A stretch of 64,000 nt of DNA from an uncultured delta proteobacterium (GCA_963815115.1 CAWFFN010000007.1:1024001-1088000), one strand, 5' to 3'; positions 1 through 10,337 are shown, numbered from the stretch's first letter. The notes: generated by a model from the letters alone, not told the origin. Numbers and translations: made by a program.

Positions 1-541
1 AGCTGAAGCAGGCCATGTCGCCGAGGCTTCCCGCGCGCCGTCCCTTGTACTCCGCGCCGTGCGCCTGCGCGGCGTCCTCGATGACGACGATCCCGTGGCG
101 GCGCGCGATCGCGACGATGGGGTCCATGTCGGCCGGACGGCCGTACAGGTGCACGGGGATGATCGCCTTGGTCCGGGGCGTGATCGCCGCCTCGACGGCT
201 CCCGGGTCCATGGTCAACGTGGACGGATCGACGTCCACGAACACCGGCCGCGCGCCGGTGTAGGCGATCGCCGACACCGTGGCGATGAAGGTGAACGGAA
301 CGGTGATCACCTCGTCGCCCGGGCCGACGCCGGCGGCGAGCAGCGCGAGATGCAATGCGCTGGTGCCGCTGTTGACGCCGATCCCGTGCTCGGCGTGACA
401 GTAGGCGGCGAACTCGTTCTCGAACGCCGCCACCTCGCTGCCGAGCGTGAACTCGCAGGTCTCCAGGACCGACGCGATCGCCGCGTCCACCTCGGGCTTG
501 ATCGCCCGGTACTGGGCCTTCAGATCGACGAAGGGAATCAC
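1..541 (-). CDS. DegT/DnrJ/EryC1/StrS PLP-dependent sugar aminotransferase (3' end runs off the window)
   Basis: Manual translation from GTG at 541: MIPFVDLKAQYRAIKPEVDAAIASVLETCEFTLG...GVNSGTSALHLALLAAGVGPGDEVITVPFTFIAT...VHLYG...IEDAAQAHG; GTGA overlap with upstream gene. Confidence 0.93.
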   Translation of the reverse strand, partial: MIPFVDLKAQYRAIKPEVDAAIASVLETCEFTLGSEVAAFENEFAAYCHAEHGIGVNSGTSALHLALLAAGVGPGDEVITVPFTFIATVSAIAYTGARPVFVDVDPSTLTMDPGAVEAAITPRTKAIIPVHLYGRPADMDPIVAIARRHGIVVIEDAAQAHGAEYKGRRAGSLGDMACFS

Positions 542-1566
542 GCCATGCGCTCCTGTCGCGGGAGATGGACGGTTTCGCCCTTGCCCCGCATCGAGCTCGT
601 CGCCGCCTCGATCAACTCCACGACGCGCACCCCCAGATGCCCGCCCGTCTGGGGTGCCGTGCCGTTCGCGATGCAGTCGACGAAATGCTCCCCGGCCACG
701 TGCAGGGCCTCCGTGCCGTCCAGCCGCGGAGCCCACATGTCGCCGGTCCGGTACCCGACGCGCATCTGGTAGATCTGCTTCGGGTCGTCCGTGAAGCTGA
801 TGCCCTTGTCGTACACCTTGACCTTCTCGCTCGGCTGCAGGTCGTCGTAGGTGATCATCCGCTTGCTGCCGCCGATCAGGATCTGCCGCACCTTCACGGG
901 CGCGAGCCAGCTGACGTTGGCGTGCGCGATGACCCCGGAGTCGTAGAACAGCGAGATGTACGCCAGGTTCTCGGGCGTCCCGGGGAAGTGGTTGATCCCG
1001 CTGGCGGACACCGCGACGGGATGCTCCTTCAGGAGGAAGTCCAGGATCGAGAAGTCGTGCACGCCAAGGTCCGAGATCACGTTCACGTCGCGCTGGAAGA
1101 GCCCGAGGTTCACGCGGATGGAGTCGTAGTAGTAGACCTGCCCGAGGTCGCCGTCCCCGATGATCTGCCCCATCTTCCGGACCGCATCGGTGTAGATGAA
1201 GGTATGGTCGACCATGAGCACGCGCTGGCGCCGCTCCGCCTCGTCGACCAGCTTGCGCGCCTGGAGCGACGTCTCCGCCATCGGCTTCTCGAGCCAGAGG
1301 TGCTTGCCGGCCTTGAGGGTCGCCATGCCGAGCTCGAAGTGAGTCGCGACCGGCGTGGCCAGCGCGATCGCGTCCACCGACGGATCGTTCAGGAGCTCGT
1401 GAAAGTGCGTGGTCACCTTCACGGCGGGGAACCGCCGCTGCACGGTGGCGAGCTTCGCCTTGTCGAGGTCCGCGACGGCCGCCACCTCGGCGCCCTGCAT
1501 CTCGGCGAAGTTCCGCACGAGGTTCGGACCCCAGTAGCCGTAGCCGATGATGCCGATTCTGATCAT
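538..1566 (-). CDS. Gfo/Idh/MocA oxidoreductase (WlbA/WbpB-like nucleotide-sugar 3-dehydrogenase)
   Basis: IGIIGYGYWGPNLVRNF Rossmann start, EKPM motif, DLGVHD; adjacent to aminotransferase. Confidence 0.9.
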   Translation of the reverse strand: MIRIGIIGYGYWGPNLVRNFAEMQGAEVAAVADLDKAKLATVQRRFPAVKVTTHFHELLNDPSVDAIALATPVATHFELGMATLKAGKHLWLEKPMAETSLQARKLVDEAERRQRVLMVDHTFIYTDAVRKMGQIIGDGDLGQVYYYDSIRVNLGLFQRDVNVISDLGVHDFSILDFLLKEHPVAVSASGINHFPGTPENLAYISLFYDSGVIAHANVSWLAPVKVRQILIGGSKRMITYDDLQPSEKVKVYDKGISFTDDPKQIYQMRVGYRTGDMWAPRLDGTEALHVAGEHFVDCIANGTAPQTGGHLGVRVVELIEAATSSMRGKGETVHLPRQERMA

Positions 1567-1955
1567 GCCGCGGTGCCCTTCTCGATGGAGATCAGCGCGA
1601 TGCCGGCGAGGATGACCGCCAGCCCCAGCACCTGTCGCCGGGTGAGAGACTCGCCGAAGACGACGACGGCACCGGCGGTCACCAGCGTGAACGTGCAGCT
1701 CACCAGCAGCGGATAGGCGACGCTCAGCCGCTCCGTGGCGACCACGCGGAACCAGACGACGCTGGCCAGAAAATACAGGATGAACCCGGTCGTGAAGCGC
1801 GGCTCCAGGAACAGGCGGACGAGCGAGCGCATCGTCTCGGCGAGACCGCCGAACGAGAAGCCGCCCGCGGCCACGATCCCCGAACGCAGCAGCAGATTGG
1901 CGGCCATCGTCAGGGCCGCGGTCACCAGGACCAGCACCAGACCACTTGCCGACAT
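1563..1955 (-). CDS. Small 4-TM SMR/EamA-family membrane protein (ArnE/F-like lipid-sugar flippase candidate)
   Basis: C-terminal 130 aa of ORF 1563..2459 from MSASGLVLVLV; LSVAYPLL and FGESLTRRQVLGLAVILAGIALI signatures. Confidence 0.8.
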   Translation of the reverse strand: MSASGLVLVLVTAALTMAANLLLRSGIVAAGGFSFGGLAETMRSLVRLFLEPRFTTGFILYFLASVVWFRVVATERLSVAYPLLVSCTFTLVTAGAVVVFGESLTRRQVLGLAVILAGIALISIEKGTAA

Positions 1956-1957
1956 CG

Positions 1958-2437
1958 TCAGCGCCCTCGCGTCCGCGCGTCGCCGACGACCTTTGCAGGC
2001 ACCCCGGCGACGATCGCGTGGTCGGGCACGTCGCGGGTGACCACCGCCCCGGCTCCGACGAGGGCGCCCTCGCCCACCGTCAATCCCCCCAGGATGGTGG
2101 CGTTGCTGCCGATCGACGCGCGCGATTTGACCACGGTCCGGATGACCTCCCAGTCTGCGGCCGCCTGGAGCGTTCCGTCCTCGGTGACGGCGCTCGGATA
2201 GGTGTCGTTGATGAACATCACACCGTGGCCGACGAAGACACCGTCCTCGATCGTCACCCCTTCGCAGATGAAGGAGTGACTCGATATCTTGCAATTGGAT
2301 CCGACGGCGGCGCCTTTCTGAATCTCGACGAAGCTGCCGATCTTCGTCCCACCGCCGATGCGACAGCCGTAGAGATTCACCTGGTCGGGGTGAAAGACCA
2401 CGACGCCGGGCGCCAGCTCCACGTCTTCCGCTATCAT
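1958..2437 (-). CDS. Hexapeptide-repeat N-acetyltransferase (WlbB/WbpD-like)
   Basis: NLYGCRIGGGTKIGSFVEIQ...KISSHSFICEGVTIEDGVFVGHGVMFIND...GAGAVVTRDVP; GGGAGG RBS before ATG 2437. Confidence 0.92.
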   Translation of the reverse strand: MIAEDVELAPGVVVFHPDQVNLYGCRIGGGTKIGSFVEIQKGAAVGSNCKISSHSFICEGVTIEDGVFVGHGVMFINDTYPSAVTEDGTLQAAADWEVIRTVVKSRASIGSNATILGGLTVGEGALVGAGAVVTRDVPDHAIVAGVPAKVVGDARTRGR

Positions 2438-2594
2438 GGCGTCCTCCCGTCCACCGCACCTCCGGAACGCCGCTGCCGTAGAAGCGGCCGCACGATACGC
2501 TGCCGGTACGGGCTCCGGCAAGCCAGGCCTCCGGCCACGGTGCCGGGATGCGTGCCGCGCTCGAGCCGGGACGGCTGCCGCACGGAGCCGGCCC

Positions 2595-3728
2595 TCATGC
2601 GGCGTGCTCCGCCACCATCGCGCCGCGCAGGACGCCGACGATGCGCTCGCTCGCGCGGCCGTCGCCGTAGGGGTTGTGTGCGCGCGCCATCGCGTCGTAC
2701 GCCGCCCGATCGTGCAGCAAGCGCTCGGTCTCGGCCACGATCCGGCGGCGCGAGGTGCCGACCAGCCGCGCGGTGCCGGCCGCGATGCCCTCGCCGCGCT
2801 CGGTGGTGTCGCGCAGCACGAGCACGGGCTTGCCGAGAGCGGGTGCCTCCTCCTGGATGCCGCCCGAGTCGGTCAGCACCAGATGGCAGCGACGGAGCAG
2901 GCCGACGAGCTCCCAGTAGCGGAGCGGCGGCAGGAGGTGGATGCGGGGATGCCCCTGCAGCACGTGGCGCACGGCACTCTGAACCTGCGGATTGAGATGC
3001 ACCGGGTACACCAGCTCGACGTCCGGGTTGCGATCCGCCAGCTCGCGGAGCGCCCGGCAGAGCTCTCTCAGAGGCGTCCCGAAGCTCTCGCGGCGGTGCG
3101 CGGTGACCAGGACGAGGCGGCGTCCCGCATCGACCGGCAGGCGCAGACCCCCCGAGCGGCCGGCGAGTCGCTCCACGGCCCACAGCAACGCATCCACCAC
3201 CGGATTGCCGGTGACGACGACGTGCGACGCGGGCACGTGCTCGTGCAGCAGCTGATCGCGCGCCTGCGCCGTGGGCGCGAAGTGCCAGCGCGCGAGCGTG
3301 CCGACGAGCCGGCGGTTCGCTTCCTCGGGAAACGGAGAATCGAGGCGATGGGTGCGGAGGCCAGCCTCGACGTGGCCCACGGGAATGCGCGCATGGAAGG
3401 CGGCCAGCGCCGCCGCCAGCGTCGTGGTCGTGTCGCCCTGCACCAGGACGAGCGCCGGGCGTACGGAATCCAGCACCGCGGGGAGCCGCTCGAGCACCCG
3501 AGCCATGACCTCGCTCGGTGTCTGGTTCGCGCGCATCACGCCGAGGCGGTGATCCGGCCGCAGGTCGAAGAAGCCGAGCACCTGGTCGAGCATCTCGCGA
3601 TGCTGATCCGTGGCGCAGACCACCGGTTCGAGATCGGACGACGGAGCCGCGAGCGCGCGCACCACCGGCGCCATCTTGATCGCTTCGGGACGGGTGCCGA
3701 AGACGCACAGGACGCGGGGCCTATCCAT
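2595..3728 (-). CDS. wecB: UDP-N-acetylglucosamine 2-epimerase (non-hydrolysing)
   Basis: VFGTRPEAIKMAP, VQGDTTT, HVEAGLR, PEEANRR, TDSGGIQEEAP, NPYGDGRAS. Confidence 0.95.
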   Translation of the reverse strand: MDRPRVLCVFGTRPEAIKMAPVVRALAAPSSDLEPVVCATDQHREMLDQVLGFFDLRPDHRLGVMRANQTPSEVMARVLERLPAVLDSVRPALVLVQGDTTTTLAAALAAFHARIPVGHVEAGLRTHRLDSPFPEEANRRLVGTLARWHFAPTAQARDQLLHEHVPASHVVVTGNPVVDALLWAVERLAGRSGGLRLPVDAGRRLVLVTAHRRESFGTPLRELCRALRELADRNPDVELVYPVHLNPQVQSAVRHVLQGHPRIHLLPPLRYWELVGLLRRCHLVLTDSGGIQEEAPALGKPVLVLRDTTERGEGIAAGTARLVGTSRRRIVAETERLLHDRAAYDAMARAHNPYGDGRASERIVGVLRGAMVAEHAA

Positions 3729-5305
3729 CACGAGGTGGCGCACAGGCGCCGGAGCGAGGTGGTGTCGAGCGCGTGGTGGCGATCGCGGTAGAGGTAACGA
3801 GGCCAGCCGTGCTCGTAGCGCTTCGGCAGCACGCGCAGGGCGGCGAAGCGATCGCCCAGATCGCAAGCCAGCACGTATTCGTCAGTCAGGAAGGCAAGCA
3901 CGTCGCGAGTCTCGAGAGGTTGGTTGGCGATGATGAAGGCAGGTCCGCCGGGGGCTAGCGCGGGCGCTGCGAGGCGGCGAACGACCGGACTGTCGGCCGC
4001 GTCGCGGCCCGGGCCCCGCACCAGGTCCTCGAGCGCCACCCAGTGGGCCGCCGGCCGGAGCGTGTAGCCGCTCGGCAGCTGACCCTGCCAGGGACCGAAG
4101 ACCGGGCCGCCCAGACCGCGCAGATATCCGACGAGATCCGCGTACGCCGCATGAGCCCCTGACGAAGGCAGAACGGGCCGTGGGTCATATGCGAGGGTGA
4201 TGAAGGCCAGGAGGAGTCCAATCGCCGGTAGCGGGCGCCGGTCCCATTCGGCCAGGCCGAGGGTTCCCACCAGGATGAACCAGGTCCCCATGGGGATGAA
4301 CACGTTCTCCGCGGACCCACGGTCGAGGGCCCCCATGAAGCCCGAGAGCATGGCGTAGACGAGCTGCACCCTCCAGGCATCGGGCCCCCGCCAGTGCCGG
4401 GCCAGGCTGACGACGCTCGCGGCGGCGAGCACGGGATAGAAGAGCCCGATGAACCCGAGATAGCGCAGCATCGACCGGGCGCGCAGATCGACACCCCAGT
4501 GCCGCGGCACCTCCCAGGTGAAGTAGTGAAAGTAGGGGCCGAAGAGCGCCGGGCCCGCGAAGACGTACAGGCCGGGACCGAGGACGATCGCCACGACCCA
4601 CGACGGCCAGCTCCGCAGCCCGTCGCGGAGCGAGAGGTACGCCAGTCCGCCGATCACGAAGAGCGCGCCGTGCTGCTTGAACCAGAACGACGCCACCAGG
4701 ATCGCCACGCCGGCCATGCTCCCGAGCTGCGAGCGCGTGCGGTCGAGCACGAACGTACCGGCGAGCGCAGCGAGCAGGAAGCAGGCATCGGAGTGCGCCG
4801 TGGCGAAGTAGCACTCCATGACGTCGTAGGCCGCGGCGAAGAGCCCGATCGCCACGAAGCCCCACCAGCCGCTGCCCGTCTTCTCGCGCAGCACCAGGAA
4901 GATGATGAGCGCGCTCAGCGCGGCGGCGGCCATCGAGATCAGCCGCAGGACGGGGAGGCTGACACCGCCCAGATACCCGACGGCCGCTCCCACCTCGTAG
5001 TAGAGCGGATTGTACGCCAGGGCGACGAACTCGGGGGCCGGCGCCGTGTAGATGGGACCGCCCGCCGCCGCGCGCTGGACGTGCTGCAGGACCGTGCCCT
5101 CCATCACGTCGAGGTCGAGGGGGAAGCCCACCTGCCGGGTCCAGAGGAAGCCGAGCAGCAGGAGGTTGGCCGCGGCGAGAACGACGAGGAGGGGCCGCAG
5201 CACGCGTCCGAGGCGGGGCCGACGGCGGAAGGGCAGCAGCAGGACGGCGACCAGCACGGCCGCGACGAAGGGCGCGGTCATGCGAGCGACGAACAGGCCG
5301 CTCAT
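3728..5305 (-). CDS. Polytopic GT-C-fold (GT39/ArnT-like) membrane glycosyltransferase
   Basis: Last 525 aa of ORF 3728..9007 from MSGLFVARM; FPLDLDVMEG loop, YNPLYY, FKQHG, many TM helices; ATGA coupling. Confidence 0.7.
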   Translation of the reverse strand: MSGLFVARMTAPFVAAVLVAVLLLPFRRRPRLGRVLRPLLVVLAAANLLLLGFLWTRQVGFPLDLDVMEGTVLQHVQRAAAGGPIYTAPAPEFVALAYNPLYYEVGAAVGYLGGVSLPVLRLISMAAAALSALIIFLVLREKTGSGWWGFVAIGLFAAAYDVMECYFATAHSDACFLLAALAGTFVLDRTRSQLGSMAGVAILVASFWFKQHGALFVIGGLAYLSLRDGLRSWPSWVVAIVLGPGLYVFAGPALFGPYFHYFTWEVPRHWGVDLRARSMLRYLGFIGLFYPVLAAASVVSLARHWRGPDAWRVQLVYAMLSGFMGALDRGSAENVFIPMGTWFILVGTLGLAEWDRRPLPAIGLLLAFITLAYDPRPVLPSSGAHAAYADLVGYLRGLGGPVFGPWQGQLPSGYTLRPAAHWVALEDLVRGPGRDAADSPVVRRLAAPALAPGGPAFIIANQPLETRDVLAFLTDEYVLACDLGDRFAALRVLPKRYEHGWPRYLYRDRHHALDTTSLRRLCATS

Positions 5306-7587
5306 CGCCGCCTCCCGTCCGGCGCCACGAGGTACGCCGCCACCGCATCCGCGACGCGGCGGTGGCCCGCCGCGGTCCAGTGCATGTTGCCCGGCTGATA
5401 GGGACAGGAGCCGCCGCGTAGCACGTCGCGCAGGTCGTGGTACTCGGCCCCGACCGCCGCCGCGAGCTCCGCTGCCCAGCGCTGCGGGCGTTCGGTGTCG
5501 AAGCGCCGTGCGTCGCTCAGGTCCGTGCCGCGCGGCCAGTAGGCGAGATCGTGGGGGTCGCACACCTGGCCCGGCGCCGGCACCATCAGCACGACGAGAC
5601 GCGCGCCGATGCCATGAACGACGGCCGCGATCTCGCGCAGCCGCTCGGCCGTGATCGGGCGGCCCCCCTCCAGCCCGGGCCGGTCGCGCTCCAGCGCCGC
5701 GAAGTTGCCGAGGCTGTACCCGCGTTTCGTCGGCGTGCCGGTCAGGCGGGCGTACAGCGGCTGCAGCAGCTCGACCTTCACCAGATCGCGCAGGGCCGGC
5801 AGGGCCAGGATGCCCGACCACGTAGCCGGGCTCGGCCGCGCGAACCCGATCGACTCCCGGAAGTCCGCCTCGCTGGTCAGCGCGTCGTCGAAGTCGTTGA
5901 CGAACATCTCGACGACGACGACGTCGGGGCGGAAGCGCGGGGCGAACTCCCGGATCACCGCGGCCTCCTGATTCGGCCCGTAGCCGGTGATCGCGAAGTT
6001 CAGCACCTCGGCGTTCGCGCCCAGCGTGCGCTCCAGGAGGCGGGGCCACGCGAGCTCCGTGTCCACGCCTTCCGCGCTGGTGAAGGCGTCGCCGGTGACC
6101 AGCACCCGGAACGTGCCGGGAACGCGGCGCTCCGTCCGGTCGGGACCGGGGAAGCCCAGCGCGTTGGAACGGACGACGTAGTCGTAGCCGAGCCACCGCA
6201 GCCGCGTCTCGGTCGACGGCTGGAGTCGCCAGCCGAAGGCCTCGTGCGGCTCCAGGCTGGGCCGCTCGCCCCAGCCCCAGACCTCGCGCGGATCGAAGCG
6301 CCGTACGGTCAGCTCCGCGCCGACCAGCACCAGCGCGATGCCACCTCCGGCGAGTCCGAGCGCGACCGCCACGCGGCGCCATCCCAGGCGCCGCAGGCGA
6401 GCCGCGCCGGAGCCGACCGTCCATTCGAGTGCGACGGCCGAAGCCACCGTGAGGATCAGCGCGGCGGCGACGCCCGCCGTGATGCGACCGAGCCCGCCGG
6501 CGGTCCCGTGCGGCACGCACAGCGCGACGAACGGCTGGTGCGTCAGGAAGAGCGAGTACGAGTGGCGCCCGAGCCAGCTCCACCCGCCGCGCTCGCCTCG
6601 GGCACCTGCCGGACGAGCCGCCGACGCATAGACCAGGCCGAACGCGCCAGCACCGAGCAAGAACGGCGCGACGGTCATGCCGAGCAGGCCGAGCGAGAGC
6701 ACGGTGCCGGCGACCCAGGCTGCGAGGGCCGCGAGCCGGGTCGTCCGCCGGCGCAGCCAGGCGTCGGTCGCCGCCGGCCGGGAGTCCATCCACCCCGCCA
6801 GCGCCATGCCGAGCGCGAACTCGGGCAGGCGCGTGACGAAGATGGCGCCGCGCGACCATGCGTCGAGGTAGTCGTGGAAGACGAGCAGGCCCGCGCCGCG
6901 CACGACGAAGGCGAGCCCGAGCGCGGCCACCAGGAAGCGGGTCGCCCCGAGCCGGCGCAGCGCGGCCCAGAGGAGCGGGTACACCGCGTAGAGCTGGACG
7001 ACGAGCCCGACGTACCACCAGGCCGGCGCGAAGTAGTACAGCTGGTACGGCGTCACCCGCACCGCGAGCAGGTCGAGCCAGAACGTGCGTTCGCCCGGAT
7101 CGAGCCCGCGTCCCACGAGCAGGCACGGCACCACGAACAGCAGGTGGGCCGCCCACCACAGCGGGAAGATCCGCCGCGCGCGCCGCCGCCAGAAGTCGGC
7201 GAGCGACAACCGCGTCGCCGCGCCTTCGGTGAGAAGGCCCCAGGTGAGCGCGAACCCGCCGACGATGAGGAAGAGCTGCACGCCCTGGTCGCCGGACCAG
7301 CCGATCCAGCGCGCCAGGTTGAGCGGGACGTCGCGCCACCCGTGACCCGTGAGCGGCGCCAGCTGGGCGATACGATCGGCGAGCGGTGGCCAGGCTGCGT
7401 CGGGATTGGCGGCGTAGGGGAACCCGAAGAGGCGCTCGGCGACGTGATTCCAGACGATCCACACGAGCGCGAGCGCCTTCACCACCTCGACCCAGGCGAG
7501 GCGGACCGTCCGCGCTGCTCGCGCCGGCACGAGACGCGGGCAGGCGAGCGCGCTCGAGCGCTCGGGGCATACGACTTCGGGTTGCAC
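5302..7587 (-). CDS. Acyltransferase-3 (OafA-like) fused to C-terminal SGNH/GDSL domain
   Basis: VEVVKALALVWIVWNH, GVQLFLIVGGF, RRARRIFP, WWYVG, SYSLFLTH; then RVLVTGDAFT, NFAITGYG, NDFDD, NMHWTAAGH. Confidence 0.85.
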   Translation of the reverse strand: MQPEVVCPERSSALACPRLVPARAARTVRLAWVEVVKALALVWIVWNHVAERLFGFPYAANPDAAWPPLADRIAQLAPLTGHGWRDVPLNLARWIGWSGDQGVQLFLIVGGFALTWGLLTEGAATRLSLADFWRRRARRIFPLWWAAHLLFVVPCLLVGRGLDPGERTFWLDLLAVRVTPYQLYYFAPAWWYVGLVVQLYAVYPLLWAALRRLGATRFLVAALGLAFVVRGAGLLVFHDYLDAWSRGAIFVTRLPEFALGMALAGWMDSRPAATDAWLRRRTTRLAALAAWVAGTVLSLGLLGMTVAPFLLGAGAFGLVYASAARPAGARGERGGWSWLGRHSYSLFLTHQPFVALCVPHGTAGGLGRITAGVAAALILTVASAVALEWTVGSGAARLRRLGWRRVAVALGLAGGGIALVLVGAELTVRRFDPREVWGWGERPSLEPHEAFGWRLQPSTETRLRWLGYDYVVRSNALGFPGPDRTERRVPGTFRVLVTGDAFTSAEGVDTELAWPRLLERTLGANAEVLNFAITGYGPNQEAAVIREFAPRFRPDVVVVEMFVNDFDDALTSEADFRESIGFARPSPATWSGILALPALRDLVKVELLQPLYARLTGTPTKRGYSLGNFAALERDRPGLEGGRPITAERLREIAAVVHGIGARLVVLMVPAPGQVCDPHDLAYWPRGTDLSDARRFDTERPQRWAAELAAAVGAEYHDLRDVLRGGSCPYQPGNMHWTAAGHRRVADAVAAYLVAPDGRRR

Positions 7588-7596
7588 GGGCCGCGT

Positions 7597-8841
7597 TCAG
7601 CGCGCCGGCACGCGCCAGGCGACGCGCAGGTGGAGACCCCAGGCGGCGAGCAGCGCTGCCGGGTTCAGCGCGGTGACGGCGAGCCAGCTCGGGCTTCCGA
7701 CGGCCATCCCGGACGTCATGGTCCCGGTGGCCAGGTAGTTCGCGCCCGGGATCGCGATGAGCGCCAGGATGGCCCAGCGCAGCGAGGCGGGTGCGACGAC
7801 CCCACGACCCCAGCGTCCGGTCCCCAGCGCGACCGCCGGCTGCACCAGCAGCACGCCGTCGTAGGCCTGGTGGTAGCTTCCGATCAGCAGGGTGAGGCAG
7901 GCGAGTCCGACCGCGAGCTGCGTCGTGGGTACAGTGCGATCGCCCCGGAGCCGCCGCAGGCCGATGACGCCCGCTGCCGTCACCGCCAGCCCGAGCGCGA
8001 TCTCCATCCAGCCGTCCGGCACGCGGCCGAGGACACGCGCGAGCAGCGCGACGAGGTCGATGCGGGCGAAGCTCGACCAGGCGTTGCTCGTGCCCTCCGC
8101 GGAGAATGCCGCCGCGCTGCCTCCGACCGACGCCATGAACGGCCCCACGCCGCCCGCCGCGTGGGCCAGCGGCACCAGCGCAACCGCCGAGAGGGCGACC
8201 GACACGACCGCTCCGATGACCACCGCGGCGACGTCGCCGCGGCCGAGCAGCATCAGGATCGCCAGGGGCACGCCGTAGGTCGGCTTGAGCATGGCGAGCG
8301 CGAGGCCGAAGCCGGCGAGAAACGGCCGGGGGCGCGCCCAGCGCAGGGCCGCGTAGGTCCCGATCGCCACCTGCACCGCAACCTGGCCGAGCAGCAGGTT
8401 CATGTGCCCCGGACGCGACAGCAGGAGCACCGCCGTGAGCCCGAGGACGCCGGCCGCCGTGACCGCCAGCCCGCAGCCAGCGATGGCCATCGCCGCCAGG
8501 GCGGCCGTCAGGCCGACCACGACCACGAGGTAGAGATCGCCCGCCTGGGCATGCGGCAGGAGCCCGAACGGGAGGTGCGCGAGGAGGGTCAGCGGGAGAT
8601 AGGGCGGAAACGGCTGCCCGACGGGATAGGTGCGCGCCTGTGCCGGCTGGTCGTAGGGATTGCGACCATCGAGGAACGCCACCACCGGGTAGTAGACTGC
8701 ATCGCGGAAGTCCTGCAGGACCCAGCGCGCCGGCTCGACCCGCCCGGGGACATTGATGCGCGTCACGGCGCGCTGGGCCAGGACGGCGAGGACCACGGCC
8801 AGCGCGACTCCCGCCGCGACCGTCCGGGTCTGCGCAGTCAT
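7597..8841 (-). CDS. GT87/DUF2029-family GT-C membrane glycosyltransferase
   Basis: From MTAQTRTV; QDFRDAVYY...GRNPY, PPYLP, NLLLGQ, LKP, YHQAYD; multi-TM. Confidence 0.8.
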   Translation of the reverse strand: MTAQTRTVAAGVALAVVLAVLAQRAVTRINVPGRVEPARWVLQDFRDAVYYPVVAFLDGRNPYDQPAQARTYPVGQPFPPYLPLTLLAHLPFGLLPHAQAGDLYLVVVVGLTAALAAMAIAGCGLAVTAAGVLGLTAVLLLSRPGHMNLLLGQVAVQVAIGTYAALRWARPRPFLAGFGLALAMLKPTYGVPLAILMLLGRGDVAAVVIGAVVSVALSAVALVPLAHAAGGVGPFMASVGGSAAAFSAEGTSNAWSSFARIDLVALLARVLGRVPDGWMEIALGLAVTAAGVIGLRRLRGDRTVPTTQLAVGLACLTLLIGSYHQAYDGVLLVQPAVALGTGRWGRGVVAPASLRWAILALIAIPGANYLATGTMTSGMAVGSPSWLAVTALNPAALLAAWGLHLRVAWRVPAR

Positions 8842-10337
8842 CCGCCGTCTCCCGCCCTGGCCTGGACGCTCGCCGCCTGCTCGAGGCAGTAGATGCGGAT
8901 GCCGCGCGTCTCGAAGGTGCCGCACGAGGCGAACCGCCGGCGCAGGTCGCCTTCGAGGGCACCGTCGGGATCCGACACCCAGGCTCGGCCGAAGACGTAG
9001 ATCGCACGTCCGTCCCGCCACGGGAGCCGCTCGGCCACCTCGTCCGCGGAGGTCGCGCTCACGACCGCCGGCGGCGCCGGGTAGTCGACGATCGGCCGCC
9101 CCGCCCAGTGGAAGCGCGCCAGATACGCCATCTCGCTCGAGGTCACGAGGAGCGGCTGCTCCGGCGCCACGTGCGCGTCGAGCCATGCCCCGGCGGCGAC
9201 GACGTCCTCGCGGCCATGGCCCGGTTCGGCGAGGTGGAGTGCGGTTCCCACCGCCAGCAGCAGCCCCACCGCGACGCCCGCCGCGGGTGCGAGCCGCGGC
9301 CAGCCGCCGCGCGCCGTCGCCCCGATCGCCAGCAGCACCAGGACGGCAGGCACGGTGGCCTGGAAGTAGCGTGGGTTCACCGGCGCCCCGGCGAGAAGGT
9401 GAACGGCGAACGGCGCCAGCAGCGCGGTGGTGAACGGCAGCATCAGCGTCAGCCGCGCGCGCCAGTCGAGCGCGCGCAGGGCGAGCATGGCGCAGGCCGC
9501 GAGCGCGGGGACGGCCGCCACGGCGATCGGCAGGTAGCGCAGCGCCGCCCGACTCCCCTCGGCGTGCAGCGCGAAGGTATCCGGCAGCAGGGTGTACCCC
9601 GCGACCAGCGACCACAGCGCTCCGGGCACCGCGAACCAGCCCAGCTCGTAGGTACCCCCGCCCCCGTGTCGTGCCACGAGGGCAGCCGCCAGGAGAGCGG
9701 CCGACGATCCCACGCTCGCCACCGCGGCGGCAGCGATCCAGGCGCGCAGCTCGCGCGGTCGGGCCGCGATGGCCGCGAGCACCGCACCTCCGAGGTAGAA
9801 CACCGCGTAGTAGTGCGTGGCGGCGAGGGCGAGCGCCGTGACGGCGAAGAGCGCGCCGAGGCGTTCGGTGCGCCCCGTCGTGAAGCGCGCCAGGGCCAGC
9901 AGGTTGGCCGCTGCCAGCGTCCCGACCAGCGCGTACATGCGCGCCTCCTGCCCGTGCTGCACCAGGAACGGCGACAGCGCCGCAAACCACGCCGTCCAGC
10001 GGGCCGCGCGACGGTCGGCGAGCGCGTCGGCCGCGGCCGCGGCGAGCGGGATCGCCGCCGCGCCGAGCACGGCGCTCGGCAGCCGGAGCGCCCAGGCCGA
10101 ATCACCCAGCAGGCCCCGCGCCAGCTTCGCCAGCACGAAATAGAGAGGCGGGTGATTGTCCGCCAGACAGAGGGCGAGCATGTCGCCCCACGACCGCCGC
10201 ACCCAGTCGGCCGTCATGACCTCGTCGAACCACAGCGGCGCCGTTCCGAGATGGAACAGGCGCAGCGCGAGGCCTACGAGAAGCGCTGCCAGGATCCACG
10301 TGTCCCGCAACGCCGCGTTGGTGCGGGGACTCGACAC
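8838..10337 (-). CDS. GT39/PMT-like GT-C membrane glycosyltransferase
   Basis: LWFDE, DNHPPLYF, LRLPS, QEARMYAL, THYY; GTG start after GAGGAG. Confidence 0.85.
   Translation of the reverse strand: MSSPRTNAALRDTWILAALLVGLALRLFHLGTAPLWFDEVMTADWVRRSWGDMLALCLADNHPPLYFVLAKLARGLLGDSAWALRLPSAVLGAAAIPLAAAAADALADRRAARWTAWFAALSPFLVQHGQEARMYALVGTLAAANLLALARFTTGRTERLGALFAVTALALAATHYYAVFYLGGAVLAAIAARPRELRAWIAAAAVASVGSSAALLAAALVARHGGGGTYELGWFAVPGALWSLVAGYTLLPDTFALHAEGSRAALRYLPIAVAAVPALAACAMLALRALDWRARLTLMLPFTTALLAPFAVHLLAGAPVNPRYFQATVPAVLVLLAIGATARGGWPRLAPAAGVAVGLLLAVGTALHLAEPGHGREDVVAAGAWLDAHVAPEQPLLVTSSEMAYLARFHWAGRPIVDYPAPPAVVSATSADEVAERLPWRDGRAIYVFGRAWVSDPDGALEGDLRRRFASCGTFETRGIRIYCLEQAASVQARAGDGG

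Noticed and set aside
3728-9007. 1759-aa minus-strand ORF as one giant protein
   Set aside because: Only the last 525 aa are protein-like; the rest is Arg/Gly/Pro-rich off-frame translation over the real genes at 5302-8841
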